Source of the DNA: a virus
Lineage: Duplodnaviria > Heunggongvirae > Uroviricota > Caudoviricetes
IMG/VR virus record: IMGVR_UViG_2713896784_000031
DNA: 16,821 bases
Strand: one strand, 5' to 3'
The position numbers were made by a program, and so were the translations under genes. Below are positions 1 through 8,828 of this stretch, one piece after another. The notes beneath the pieces were generated by a model. It ran no database searches, had not been told where the DNA came from, and worked only from the letters and a program-made list of their open reading frames with translations. How positions within the stretch are numbered: the stretch's first letter is position 1; each line of letters starts with the position of its first letter.

Positions 1-1236
1 CTACGATAGCCGCGCATTCAACATGGCTACCTGTTCGTCGTTCATATCATCAATCCACATACCGTAAATTTCATACACCATCTGCGCAGTTTCATGCCCC
101 ATCTGGCTGGCTATAAATGCCGGGTTCGCTCCTGCCGTCAACAGCCAGCAGGCAAAAGTATGCCGCGTATGGTACGGATTACGGCGGCGAATACCAGCAC
201 GTTTTACTGCTGCATTCCACCTTGCCCCCAAACTGCTTACCGAGTAATAAGGTTTCTGTTTTCCGTTACACACCCTGGGCATGAAAACAAAATGCAGTTT
301 TTGCTTTTCGGTTCTGCCGTACTCCCGATGATAAAAGGTGATTTCGCTTTTGCGATGATGCCCGGTCAGTTTGTATTGCACCTTCAGTGCTTCAAGAGCA
401 GGCTGCAGTAATGTTACTGTCCGGATCCCGGCATTTGTTTTTGGGGGACCGAACATATCCAGTATCGTCAGGTTTCTTCTGACATTCACAGTTCCCTTCT
501 CGAAATCCACATCCTCCCACGCCAGAGCTGCCAGTTCCCCGTGACGAAGCCCGGAGTAAACGGCAAATTTCCACAAGTTTTGGCTCTGTCCTTTTTCACT
601 TTCCATTAATGCATTGAATTCTGTTTTAGATAACGGGTCAGGCTTTATTCTGTTTCGCTGTAATTTTTTTACTCCTTCAAATGGTTTGGTTGATATAAAT
701 CCCGACTGATACGCAAAACGTAACAGCGAACAGAGCAGGGCGATATAGTTATCAACTGTGCGCACGGTTCTTCCTTTTTTGTTGGATCTTGGATTATCCA
801 GGTAAAGCGTTTCTCCATGCAGCAGTTCATTCCGGTAGTTTAAGATATCGCTATAACGAATATATGATATCGGGGTACTTTCACAAATTATTATTCTGAG
901 TGTTTTTAATTGTGATTTCGTTTTCTTCATTGTGTTTGTTGTTAACTCTGTCTCTTTAATTTTTGTCCAGATATCACAAAGCTCCCCGAACGTTTTTATG
1001 ACTCTCGTTGTCACCATTTTTGCCCCAGTGCTGGACTGGGGAAAACGTCTTAAATACTCAAATTCACCGGAGTTTATTTCATGAACTATCAGCGCTCTTA
1101 AATTTCCGGCCTTTTTAATATTACTGTTTGTAATCTCCCAGCCTTTTAATGTTTCCCGACATCGTTTTCCTCGAAACATGAACCAGATGCGAATGTTTCT
1201 ACCTCTAATCTCGACACCTGTTGGTAATTTAGACAT
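1..1236 (-). CDS. intR: Tyrosine-type phage integrase, 411 aa, complete; the stop codon is at positions 1-3
   Basis: Full-length ORF; N-terminus MSKLPTGVEIRGRNIRIWFMFRGKRCRETLKGW and C-terminal HTRHTFA...LL...G motifs are typical of lambda-family tyrosine recombinases; position at the prophage end next to an excisionase-like gene. Symbol is from recalled similarity to Rac IntR. Confidence 0.85.
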   Translation of the reverse strand: MSKLPTGVEIRGRNIRIWFMFRGKRCRETLKGWEITNSNIKKAGNLRALIVHEINSGEFEYLRRFPQSSTGAKMVTTRVIKTFGELCDIWTKIKETELTTNTMKKTKSQLKTLRIIICESTPISYIRYSDILNYRNELLHGETLYLDNPRSNKKGRTVRTVDNYIALLCSLLRFAYQSGFISTKPFEGVKKLQRNRIKPDPLSKTEFNALMESEKGQSQNLWKFAVYSGLRHGELAALAWEDVDFEKGTVNVRRNLTILDMFGPPKTNAGIRTVTLLQPALEALKVQYKLTGHHRKSEITFYHREYGRTEKQKLHFVFMPRVCNGKQKPYYSVSSLGARWNAAVKRAGIRRRNPYHTRHTFACWLLTAGANPAFIASQMGHETAQMVYEIYGMWIDDMNDEQVAMLNARLS

Positions 1237-1237
1237 A

Positions 1238-1453
1238 TCATGAGTCTTTGATAAACTGATTTATCTTTGGATAGTTGTACCAGATAATCCCTCGTTTGCT
1301 GTCTGGCTTACCTAAAGGAGATACTCGTTTGAAGTGGAAGCCCTCCACCCAACAGTTCTGGCGGTATGCTTCAATTTGTCTGGCCCCCAGACCAGTGCGA
1401 AGCATCAGGCCGTATTCAACCATCCACTCTTCATTAAAGATTACTTGTGCCAT
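1238..1453 (-). CDS. ydaQ: Small excisionase-like protein (YdaQ/Xis-like), 71 aa from internal ATG
   Basis: Immediately upstream of int on the same strand; the ATG at 1453-1451 is preceded by GAGGTG at about 7 nt; small basic protein ([32 protein letters not shown]...). The ORF track's longer 79-aa version lacks a ribosome-binding site. Confidence 0.6.
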   Translation of the reverse strand: MAQVIFNEEWMVEYGLMLRTGLGARQIEAYRQNCWVEGFHFKRVSPLGKPDSKRGIIWYNYPKINQFIKDS

Positions 1454-1552
1454 CGCATCACCTCTGGCAGGCGCCAATGTTAGACTGAAATTGACGCCTG
1501 ATGTTGATTATTAATAATCAGCTATGAAGTTTTAATTTGTATATAATGCAAC

Positions 1553-1741
1553 TCACGAGGACAGAAGTTTCTCGCAATTAAAATTTATCAGCTTTACTTT
1601 CTGCTCTCTGGACACGCCTGCTTCTTTTTTCCCTGAGAGCATTTTTTCGCATTCTGATTTCGTTAATTTAGATTTTGAATATCTTGTCCAGTTAGTAGGA
1701 GTGCCACCTTCTTTTTCAATAGTGGCAGTTATTTTATACAT
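1553..1741 (-). CDS. Small hypothetical protein, YdaC-like, 62 aa
   Basis: The ATG at 1741 is preceded by GGAGGT at 5 nt; it overlaps the lar/ralR stop by 8 nt, suggesting coupling; position matches ydaC in Rac gene order. Confidence 0.5.
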   Translation of the reverse strand: MYKITATIEKEGGTPTNWTRYSKSKLTKSECEKMLSGKKEAGVSREQKVKLINFNCEKLLSS

Positions 1742-1940
1742 GAACACCTCCATTATTATTTCCAGTAGTTCGTTTATTCCATCTTTCGAGTGCTTCTTTT
1801 TCACTTCCACCATAGCCAGTTCGGGATTCGCATCCGTTGCATTTTGCCCGGTAATATCCTGAAATTGCTTTCACCGTAACAGATGGACAACCACAAAACG
1901 GACATGGTTTAACATCGTCATATCTCATAATTTTTGTCAT
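1734..1940 (-). CDS. ralR: Restriction alleviation protein (Lar/RalR family), about 68 aa
   Basis: CPFCG...C..C zinc-ribbon-like motif (PCPFCGCPSVTVKAISGYYRAKCNGCESRTG) typical of Lar-family proteins; sits directly upstream of recT as in Rac. Start is ambiguous (ATG at 1940 or 1928, no clear ribosome-binding site). Confidence 0.6.
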   Translation of the reverse strand: MTKIMRYDDVKPCPFCGCPSVTVKAISGYYRAKCNGCESRTGYGGSEKEALERWNKRTTGNNNGGVHV

Positions 1941-1984
1941 AAAAACTGTCTCGCGTTGGCGGTGCATTACACCGCCAGGCTGAA

Positions 1985-2794
1985 TTATTCTTCTGAATTA
2001 TCGATCACACTGTATTCCCCGGTTAATACAGAGGAGTCTGCCGGATCGATTGTCAGTGGTTCCTTTTCATCCATTGATACTGCACGCTGGATTTCAATTG
2101 AGACAGGCAGGTATTTAAACAGGCGACGAATAGCCGTTTTTTTTGCCATTTCTTCCCAGTGAGTTACCCATGGCCCGTTATTACCAGCCTTACTCTGGCT
2201 GCGCACCAGTTCAATCTGTTTGCGCGTCATAACTTCAAACTGAGTCCCTCCGTCTTTCAGTCTTGCGACAGCATAGACGTGGGTAACCGGGGCATCTTCG
2301 TTTTCTCCCGGGCGGTGTATTAACTTTTCATCAAGGCCAAATTCGAAGCTAAACTCGTCACCTTCACGGACAACACGGGCTGACAGGCTGGCGATTTGAC
2401 CAGAACGGCGAGCCAGATCAATCATGCCGCGATAGCCAATGATTAGCTGAACGTTTTTTTTACCGCTCTTTTCGTTTTTATTACCAAAAGGCAGTAAATA
2501 TGCATGACCGAGAGCGCTACCGGGCTCAAGCCCGAGCTGTGAACACTGTACGATTGCACTGACAAAACTCATAGTGTCACAGTTTCCTAACGCCGGAACT
2601 TTACGAATTTCTGTGGTGGCGATACGGATCATACGTTCAGCCGTCATATGGCGTGGAAGAGCTGCTGCCAGTTGCTCTTTCATTGATGGCTGGTTAATAA
2701 AACTAATCACGTCGTTATTTTTAATTGCTGCTGGTGCACGGTTTCCCTGAGTTTTTTGCAGATCGGCTTTTGCGATTGGTGGTTGCTTAGTCAT
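1985..2794 (-). CDS. recT: RecT single-strand annealing protein, 269 aa
   Basis: Sequence from [50 protein letters not shown] matches my recollection of E. coli RecT; AAGGA ribosome-binding site upstream; overlaps the recE 3' end by 8 nt. The ORF track's extra 19 N-terminal residues are probably not translated. Confidence 0.9.
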   Translation of the reverse strand: MTKQPPIAKADLQKTQGNRAPAAIKNNDVISFINQPSMKEQLAAALPRHMTAERMIRIATTEIRKVPALGNCDTMSFVSAIVQCSQLGLEPGSALGHAYLLPFGNKNEKSGKKNVQLIIGYRGMIDLARRSGQIASLSARVVREGDEFSFEFGLDEKLIHRPGENEDAPVTHVYAVARLKDGGTQFEVMTRKQIELVRSQSKAGNNGPWVTHWEEMAKKTAIRRLFKYLPVSIEIQRAVSMDEKEPLTIDPADSSVLTGEYSVIDNSEE

Positions 2795-5336
2795 TTGCAT
2801 ATTCCTTAGCCCAGCGGGGCAGTGATAACGTCTTAATAGCTGGCCATTCATTGGTATTGAGGCAGTCAGCCAGGGTTCGCAGATTGCGGTGATATTCCAG
2901 CTGACCTGCCAGTTTTGCTTCTTCGCCCATCATGAAAATTTCAACCGGATAACGTCCGCATTCAATAGTTGTGCTGGCAACCAGAAAAACGAAAGTTGGC
3001 TGCACTCCAAACTGTGCTTCATAACCGTCACTGTAGAATGCATCCTGAACGTGATAGCGGTAGTCGTAATAAGCGGTTTTGAATCGTTGAATATCCGCCG
3101 TAGTTTTCACGTCCATGATCCAGTGAAATTCAGGGATAATTTTGTCCGGACGGCACCGACACAAAATTCCTGTTTCAGGATCTTCCCAGTAAATTGATGA
3201 TTCAGCGTGTCCGGCGCTTTCAACAAGCCATTGCCCCAGCGGCAAAGCCATAACGCTTTGATACATGAGTTCAATTTTCAGACCTTCTTCCGCAGTGATA
3301 ACCGTTTTTCCTGTGCTTGCGCATTCCATCAGAAACGCTTTCTCTTCTTCTTTTCCGGCGTTTGTACGGCGGTTAAATTCAGGTGCTACGATAAAGCGGT
3401 TACTGAATTCTTCCGGTTCAAGTACCCGGCAGTGGAAAGCGGTTCCTAAATCGAGCGTTTTTGTCTTTGTGTTGTCCACGGGGGCATTTTTACGCCACAA
3501 ATACAGTGCCGGAGTATCAGCAATGTCATCGAGCTGAGACTTACTGACACCGGGACCTACGTGGTAATTCTCATTCGAAATTCCGTAATAAATACCTGGC
3601 TCTATGTCTTCTACGATTACGGGATCTGCGACTTCGCCAGTTTCATCACTGCAATCGCGATGCGGATCGCTGCCAGCATTCTCATTGTGCGGATGTTCAG
3701 CGCCTTCCATTTCCTCCGGATCATTTTCCTTAGCTTCAACCTGATTCTCTTCATCGAATGTTTCCTGGTATGTTGCGTCGCCCATCACCGCGCCACAATC
3801 AGGGCAGTTGCCNNNNNNNNNNNNNNNNNNNNNNNNNNNNNNNNNNNNNNNNNNNNNNNNNNNNNNNNNNNNNATCCATTTCGGATCATTCGGGTCGCTA
3901 ATCCCTTCAACAAATTCTCCGCGAGAGGCAGCCAGCAATTTGTCGGCATCGACAGGATTTTTGGGCGGAATGGTTTTCCGGGCTTCATGGAGTTCTGCCC
4001 GCAGTTTCTGATATTTCGCATCAACAGAATTTACCTGTGACTGAGCATCCAGCGGCTGCGTGTCCTGATGATGTTCAGTTGCATCCGGTTCCACTGTTTC
4101 AGCCGTTGCCTGTTTATCTGCCATTGCGCAAGATGGTTGCGGTTTTTCTTCACCATCGTGTTTTCCTTCTTCTGTTACACGCTGCGGCATCGGGGCAGAG
4201 GAACGACCGCAGGCAATATCCACGATTTCCGGATCAGGGTTGGCATGATCGGTTTCAATCAGCACCTTGTTCAGATATTCAGTGACATGCGCAGGGATAA
4301 CCTCGATCCCAATTGGTGCTTCTTTTACGGACGCAACCACGATGGCGCGGGAATAATCCAGCCCGCCAGGCATGGTGATGAATTTGTCGCGGAAAACAGA
4401 AAAGGGCGGTTTATTTTCAGCGATAATTTCCTCGACACGTTTAGCGTGTGCCGGATGAAGGTTATAAATATCCACATCCATTGAACGGGCCAGAACGCCG
4501 GTGGCTACATCTCGTGCGAGTGATGTCTTATCATGTTTGAATCCTTCACCACGATCGGTAATATTTCCGCCGCCAGCGTTAGCGCCGGATGGCGTGCGGC
4601 TGATGCGTGAAACACGATTTCCTTTCATCCACTCTTTTGTAAGCAGACCGCGATCGGTGTAGTCAGCGCCCAGGTATGCTTCGATAAAAGAGGTCATCAG
4701 TCCCAGGTCCGAATTTACGGGGGCGGGGAAAACTTTGTCAGTGTCTCGCACCAGTTTGTACAAATCCCGAATCTCCAGCGGTTCGAGTTGCACTGCTTTA
4801 TTTGAGATGGCCAGCGCGGTAACGGCGGGAAGTTTTTCATCCTGTGCGTTATGTAATGCGCGCAGTTTGTCCAGTGAAACGTGCGTGAGCGGTTTTTCGC
4901 TGTTGTGTTGCGCCAGCCAGCGAACAGGCAGAATCTGACCTGAAACCGGAAGAAGCATATTCTCCTCAATCTTAGCCATGTCTTCGCCGTTGACGTTGGT
5001 ATTGTCAGTACTGGCTGGTTTGTCCGGAACAGAGGGCGCGATAAGTATCATTGTGATACCATCTTCTCCGCCTTTTTCGTATCGGTTGCAGAATTCAGTA
5101 TCAAACACACCTTCCGGTGGAAGGTCATTCACAACGGGTAAATGGACGCGGATGGGTTTTTTAAAATCCTCTTCGTCAAATCCGGCATCGTCCATTGCAG
5201 CAATGCAGCGTGAAACCGCAACAGAAAGTTTTTTTGCCTCTGTCCAGAAAAAGCCGCCTTTGATGCCGAGGCGTTTTCTGGTTTTATCATTTTTCGCGTC
5301 GCAATACAGAGCGTAATTTTCTTTATCAGTACTCAT
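2787..5336 (-). CDS. recE: RecE exonuclease VIII-like 5'-3' dsDNA exonuclease, interrupted by an N-run at 3813-3873; the N-terminal region differs from the K-12 protein as I recall it
   Basis: The C-terminal two-thirds ([17 protein letters not shown]...[13 protein letters not shown]...[15 protein letters not shown]) matches recalled RecE; GAGGT ribosome-binding site 6 nt before the ATG at 5336; recT follows, overlapping. Confidence 0.85.
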   Translation of the reverse strand: MSTDKENYALYCDAKNDKTRKRLGIKGGFFWTEAKKLSVAVSRCIAAMDDAGFDEEDFKKPIRVHLPVVNDLPPEGVFDTEFCNRYEKGGEDGITMILIAPSVPDKPASTDNTNVNGEDMAKIEENMLLPVSGQILPVRWLAQHNSEKPLTHVSLDKLRALHNAQDEKLPAVTALAISNKAVQLEPLEIRDLYKLVRDTDKVFPAPVNSDLGLMTSFIEAYLGADYTDRGLLTKEWMKGNRVSRISRTPSGANAGGGNITDRGEGFKHDKTSLARDVATGVLARSMDVDIYNLHPAHAKRVEEIIAENKPPFSVFRDKFITMPGGLDYSRAIVVASVKEAPIGIEVIPAHVTEYLNKVLIETDHANPDPEIVDIACGRSSAPMPQRVTEEGKHDGEEKPQPSCAMADKQATAETVEPDATEHHQDTQPLDAQSQVNSVDAKYQKLRAELHEARKTIPPKNPVDADKLLAASRGEFVEGISDPNDPKWXXXXXXXXXXXXXXXXXXXXXGNCPDCGAVMGDATYQETFDEENQVEAKENDPEEMEGAEHPHNENAGSDPHRDCSDETGEVADPVIVEDIEPGIYYGISNENYHVGPGVSKSQLDDIADTPALYLWRKNAPVDNTKTKTLDLGTAFHCRVLEPEEFSNRFIVAPEFNRRTNAGKEEEKAFLMECASTGKTVITAEEGLKIELMYQSVMALPLGQWLVESAGHAESSIYWEDPETGILCRCRPDKIIPEFHWIMDVKTTADIQRFKTAYYDYRYHVQDAFYSDGYEAQFGVQPTFVFLVASTTIECGRYPVEIFMMGEEAKLAGQLEYHRNLRTLADCLNTNEWPAIKTLSLPRWAKEYAND
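3813..3873. other. Run of 61 N (assembly gap or masked bases) inside recE
   Basis: Literal n characters in the sequence; recE stays in frame across the run, but the true length is unknown. Confidence 0.99.
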
Positions 5337-5416
5337 TGATAAACCTCATAACTATTTTAAGGTTGAGCGAACCCCTGCCATTGCTGGCATAAATTCAGTT
5401 TCGAATAGTCAGTTAG

Positions 5417-5587
5417 TTAAAGTTCGTGTGCCATCTGGTCTTTTTCGGCACAATTTTCACTACAATATTTTTTCATTTCCGTCGTTGGGATAACTCCACG
5501 CATGAAATGAAGTGGTCTTTTAATACTTTTGCTTTCTTCAATTCCTTTATTGCAAAGGTGGTAAGCACATTTTATTTTCTTAGTCAT
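5417..5587 (-). CDS. ydaE: Small Cys-rich zinc-binding protein YdaE-like, 56 aa (not in the ORF track; found by manual translation)
   Basis: Manual translation gives [56 protein letters not shown], with TAA stop at 5419-5417; the ATG overlaps the kilR stop (ATGA); CxxC...CxxxC pattern. Confidence 0.7.
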   Translation of the reverse strand: MTKKIKCAYHLCNKGIEESKSIKRPLHFMRGVIPTTEMKKYCSENCAEKDQMAHEL

Positions 5588-5808
5588 CACCATGACTCCG
5601 CCTTTACAGGTAAACCATCACGACCGAGGAAGACTTTAATCATGCAGTCAGAAATGCATGTTTTTGTAGTCAGGCTACGAATATAAAGTTTTCGCTTTTT
5701 AATATTGTTTGCCGAGGCGATATATGTCCGACCTTCATGAAGAACATAATCGCCAGGAGTCACACACTGACGTGGTATTTCATCAGTTCCGAAGTGATGA
5801 GCAATCAT
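5587..5808 (-). CDS. kilR: KilR-like cell-division inhibitor (FtsZ-targeting killing protein of Rac), 73 aa
   Basis: 73-aa ORF with a strong ribosome-binding site (AAGGAG, 6 nt spacing); length and position (upstream of ydaE and recE) match Rac kilR; sequence [29 protein letters not shown].... Confidence 0.65.
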   Translation of the reverse strand: MIAHHFGTDEIPRQCVTPGDYVLHEGRTYIASANNIKKRKLYIRSLTTKTCISDCMIKVFLGRDGLPVKAESW

Positions 5809-5854
5809 AATTATCTCCTTAATAAATTTCTCGTATTAAGAAAATTCCAGAAAA

Positions 5855-6409
5855 CTATTTAATACTCAGCAACTGCTCGACGGTCATATTTTTAATTGCG
5901 CTTCGGTTTACAAGAGTCCAGCCCTGTTTCTCCAGATAAAGGCGGAAAGTGTCCAGGGTACAGACGAGAGCGCCATCAGGAACGGTTTCAGTGAATTCGA
6001 CGTTGCCGAATTTGTCGAAGCGAACAACCAGAGTGCGCCCATCGCCCGGAATGATTTTGTTTGTGGGAGTGGTATTATTCTGGCGTAGCTCTGCTTCCAT
6101 GCGGTCGAACTCAGCGATGTAGGCCTCTTTGAATGCAGCGGCTTTTTTGCCAGTGAAACCCATCACCAGGAAAACGAAGCCGTTTTTGGTGATTTGGTAC
6201 ATTGGGAGTTTGCGCCCGGTTGAGTCGGTGTATTCACTTGGCTTAAAATTAAGCTCAGTGAATTCTGAGGAACATTCCAGAGCTTCAATTTTTTGAATGA
6301 CGTTTTTATGCAGCTTGCGGAAAAACTCTGCAACTGCAACAGACGTAGTGACAGCACGACCATTTTCGATGGTTACGTCAGGGTGAGAAAGGGTAGGGAT
6401 AGTAGCCAT
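5855..6409 (-). CDS. Phage Rha-family regulatory / antirepressor-like protein, about 184 aa from internal ATG
   Basis: From M99 of the track ORF, MATIPTLSHPDVTIENGRAVTTSVAVAEFFRKLHKNVIQKIEA...FKPSEYTDSTGRKLPMYQITKNGFVFLVMGFTGKKAAAFKEAYIAEFDRME fits the Phage_pRha domain consensus. The 98-aa upstream extension contains a terminator hairpin and is probably non-coding. Confidence 0.7.
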   Translation of the reverse strand: MATIPTLSHPDVTIENGRAVTTSVAVAEFFRKLHKNVIQKIEALECSSEFTELNFKPSEYTDSTGRKLPMYQITKNGFVFLVMGFTGKKAAAFKEAYIAEFDRMEAELRQNNTTPTNKIIPGDGRTLVVRFDKFGNVEFTETVPDGALVCTLDTFRLYLEKQGWTLVNRSAIKNMTVEQLLSIK

Positions 6410-6570
6410 GATGGCAGCCTCTAGTGATAAGTTGGTAAACTCACCACCGGAGGTGCAAATCTCATGGGTGGTGAGACGTACAGGGTTTGCACTACCGGTC
6501 ACTAGAGAATCCGGCCCGCCCGAAAACGGCCCCATACGCCCCACCATAATCTGAATGTGGCTGCGCTTTA

Positions 6571-6597
6571 CGCATAAAAAAACCGCTTTGGCGCGGT
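6571..6597 (-). terminator. Rho-independent terminator (minus strand): stem AACCGC/GCGGTT followed by a T7 run
   Basis: Plus strand reads aaaaaaaccgctttggcgcggtt; on the minus strand this is a GC-rich hairpin followed by TTTTTTT. Confidence 0.55.
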
Positions 6598-7114
6598 TAT
6601 GCGCTCTAGTGATCATCGGGGTGCAAATCCCGGCACCCGTTTTATGAGGTGCAGGTGCACTATAATTCCACCCGTTCTGGTTTTCAATAGCTACATCCAA
6701 CATTTTCTCTCACCTTTCATCACTGAAGTGAACTTTGTTGATGCGGTGCCTGGTGCCTCCAGGTGACGTTAACCAGTTAACAATTAACGCCGGATAATCC
6801 ACCCATAACACTGATGCTTTTAACTGTGCCGCGTGCGCTCAGCCGCATTCACCGCATCACAAAATTCACTTTAAAAAGGGGCGGCAGGGCAGCCACGGAG
6901 TAGAACTGATGCCGCCAAGACTACACACAGCAATGTCGTTATTTACAACCGGAGGCGCACTCCCACCATTTAAATTTAACAGACAAGACCGACTCTTTAT
7001 GGATATCGGAAATGCGCCTTCGTGTTGTGCCCGGTTTTATTTCACCACCTCCGGGCTTTGGTGGCCTCGGCTATACCCCTACAGCAAGAATATTGAATTA
7101 ATCCAATAAATGGT

Positions 7115-7267
7115 TTAGCTGGTATTTTTGGCAAGCCAGCGACGTGCGCCAGCTTCGGTTTTAAACGATTTGCTTTTGGTATACGTCATGGCGGTGAATG
7201 TGCCGTCCTGATTGGGAAACACGCCACATACCAGAGATTCGTTGTTGCCAAGATCGATAGTATCCAT
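7115..7267 (-). CDS. Small hypothetical phage protein (YdaF-like), 50 aa
   Basis: The ATG at 7267 is preceded by GAGG at 6 nt; MDTIDLGNNESLVCGVFPNQDGTFTAMTYTKSKSFKTEAGARRWLAKNTS. Similarity to Rac YdaF is from memory and uncertain. Confidence 0.45.
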   Translation of the reverse strand: MDTIDLGNNESLVCGVFPNQDGTFTAMTYTKSKSFKTEAGARRWLAKNTS

Positions 7268-7517
7268 GTTGACCTCATTTCCCCTTAACGCCGGGTGGCG
7301 GAACGTTTTATCTACTGCGCTTTGTATCAATCAACAACTGCCGTCATGTTCGTATGCCTCAGGCTGGCTACTTAGCCCTGTTCAGTGGCTGGATAACTCG
7401 AGGTATTGTCCTGCCGTTCTCTGGTGGGGCGTTGTTTGGATATGCTTATTAAACACAATGCGCTTTCTTGTGTCAACACGAAATGTGTTTTGTGGTGGGT
7501 GTCATATGATGATGGTA

Positions 7518-7542
7518 CAAAAAAAGCCCGCTGATAGCGGGC
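7518..7542 (-). terminator. Rho-independent terminator downstream of the repressor gene (minus strand)
   Basis: Stem gcccgct/agcgggc with a 3-nt loop; on the plus strand it is preceded by an A8 run, which is a T-run after the hairpin on the minus strand. Confidence 0.7.
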
Positions 7543-7573
7543 TGATTGGCATATTACTGTGATAGCAAGATCA

Positions 7574-7993
7574 TTACTCCGGTGGGGGATTATCTTTAAG
7601 CCTGCCTCTCAAATATTTTTCTACATACTCATCGATTTCTTTTAGCCGGACTTCAAATAGCTCAATCATTCGTTGTTGTTCTGAGCCCGGTAGCTGGTTA
7701 AACAACTCAAGAAGTTTTCGTTGGGATTCATTTAACCACAATTCAGAAGATTCCTGTTCTCCAAAGAGGAGCTCAGGAGGAGATATGCCAAGTGCCTTTC
7801 CCAATACGACAGCGTCATGCACTCCAACATTTCTGCTACCCGCCTCATAGTTACCTATACGCGATTGCGTCCATCCGCAGATTTCAGCAAGTTTTCCTTG
7901 AGATAAACCAAGCTTCTGCCTGCGCTCTTTAAGACGCATTGCAATTTTGTCATTGAGCCTACTAGCGGCAATTTTTTCGTTTTCTTTTTCCAT
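7574..7993 (-). CDS. Prophage repressor, XRE-family HTH protein without an S24 peptidase domain, 139 aa
   Basis: HTH motif LGLSQGKLAEICGWTQSRIGNYEAG; divergent from a Cro-like gene with palindromic operators between them; no Ser/Lys LexA-type autocleavage domain recognisable in the C-terminal region. Confidence 0.75.
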   Translation of the reverse strand: MEKENEKIAASRLNDKIAMRLKERRQKLGLSQGKLAEICGWTQSRIGNYEAGSRNVGVHDAVVLGKALGISPPELLFGEQESSELWLNESQRKLLELFNQLPGSEQQRMIELFEVRLKEIDEYVEKYLRGRLKDNPPPE

Positions 7994-8004
7994 TGCATCC
8001 TTGT

Positions 8005-8019
8005 ATCACGAATCGTGAT
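8005..8019. promoter_or_regulatory. Perfect 15-bp palindrome ATCACGAATCGTGAT, candidate operator in the repressor/cro intergenic region
   Basis: Exact inverted repeat seen in the sequence, 12 nt upstream of the repressor start codon. Confidence 0.5.
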
Positions 8020-8040
8020 TTACACAAAACACAAAACAGC

Positions 8041-8071
8041 TTGACCATATAACACAAGATGTGTTTAAAAT
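8041..8071 (+). promoter_or_regulatory. Candidate rightward early promoter (TTGACC -35, TAAAAT -10, 19-nt spacer) overlapping palindrome AACACAAGATGTGTT (8051-8065)
   Basis: Consensus-like hexamers upstream of the Cro-like gene; a second palindrome overlaps the spacer. The spacer is longer than optimal. Confidence 0.4.
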
Positions 8072-8089
8072 TGTCATCGGAGGTTTTCA

Positions 8090-8332
8090 ATGAACAAAAT
8101 TTCAACATATCGAAAACAGCTTGGGCTGTCTCAAAGACAACTTGCTGTTCAGTTAGGGTGGATACAAAGCCGACTGGCAAATTACGAAGCAAATTTTCGT
8201 ACCCCTGGACTAGAGGAGTGCAGAAAAATTGTTTCTACCCTTAATCGGCTTGGCGCTCATTGTGGACTTGACGATGTATTCCCCCCAGACGGTAAGCATA
8301 GCGAAAACAGCATAGGAGCGGTTGATTCATGA
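8090..8332 (+). CDS. Cro-like HTH regulator, 80 aa
   Basis: GGAGG ribosome-binding site 7 nt upstream; HTH LGLSQRQLAVQLGWIQSRLANYE; divergent from the repressor; its stop overlaps the next gene's start (ATGA). Confidence 0.65.
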   Translation: MNKISTYRKQLGLSQRQLAVQLGWIQSRLANYEANFRTPGLEECRKIVSTLNRLGAHCGLDDVFPPDGKHSENSIGAVDS

Positions 8333-8751
8333 AAATCAGGCATGAGCACATCGAATCAGTGCTGTTAGCCCTGGCAGCCGAAAAAGGGCAGGCGTGGGTC
8401 GCTAACGCAATTACTGATGAATATCTGCGCCAGGGGGGCGGCGAATTGCCCCTGGTACCAGGCAAGGACTGGAACAATCAGCAGAATATCTATCACCGTT
8501 GGTTGAAAGGTGAAACGAAAGCGCAAAGGGAAAAAATTCAGAAACTGATCCCTGCGGTTCTGGCAATTCTTCCGCGCGAGCTGCGTCACCGACTCTGCAT
8601 CTTCGATACCCTGGAACGCCGTGCATTACTGGCGGCGCAGGAAGCGTTGAGTACGGCAATTGATGCGCATGATGATGCAGTCCAGGCCGTTTACCGGAAA
8701 GCACATTTCAGCGGTGGTGGGTCGCCCGGTGATTCTGTCGTAGTGCATTGA
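8329..8751 (+). CDS. ydaT: YdaT-like protein (CII-like regulator family formerly called a toxin), 140 aa
   Basis: Position directly after the Cro-like gene with ATGA coupling; length and sequence (MKIRHEHIESVLLALAAEKGQAWVANAITDEYLRQGGGELPLVPGKDWNNQQNIYHRW) agree with my recollection of Rac YdaT. Confidence 0.6.
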   Translation: MKIRHEHIESVLLALAAEKGQAWVANAITDEYLRQGGGELPLVPGKDWNNQQNIYHRWLKGETKAQREKIQKLIPAVLAILPRELRHRLCIFDTLERRALLAAQEALSTAIDAHDDAVQAVYRKAHFSGGGSPGDSVVVH

Positions 8752-8828
8752 TTGAAATTAATCGTGCCGGATTGTTTTGTTCGGTATCAGTTAAATGTAA
8801 CGCTGCGAGCGTTACAAGGTGAAAACAA

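Noticed and set aside
94-574. ORFs 94-411 (+) and 392-574 (-) inside the integrase gene
   Set aside because: Embedded in the integrase coding sequence with no independent support.
2889-5316. Plus-strand ORFs of 60-160 aa inside recE (2889-3197, 3207-3449, 3265-3537, 3561-4040, 4037-4285, 4068-4484, 4735-4938, 4978-5316) and minus-strand ORFs 3785-4024 and 4715-4969
   Set aside because: They are antisense to, or out of frame within, a well-supported long gene, and have low-complexity translations with no ribosome-binding sites; typical shadow ORFs.
5855-6703. The 282-aa track ORF for the Rha-family gene, with a 98-aa N-terminal extension
   Set aside because: The Rha domain begins at the internal Met (6409); the extension runs through a terminator hairpin and T-run (6571-6597) and the repeat cluster. 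I annotated only 5855-6409, although the ATG at 6703 does have a weak GGTGA-like upstream element, so the longer form is not fully excluded.
6909-7109. Plus-strand 66-aa ORF in the gene-poor region
   Set aside because: It has a GGAG about 9 nt upstream but no recognisable domain, and is convergent on the YdaF-like gene. Not annotated, but flagged within the gene-poor-region finding.
8090-8751. The Cro-like/YdaT pair as a toxin-antitoxin system
   Set aside because: YdaS/YdaT were once proposed as a toxin-antitoxin pair, but as I recall later work reinterpreted them as Cro- and CII-like regulators. The divergent arrangement with a repressor and operator palindromes supports the immunity-switch interpretation.
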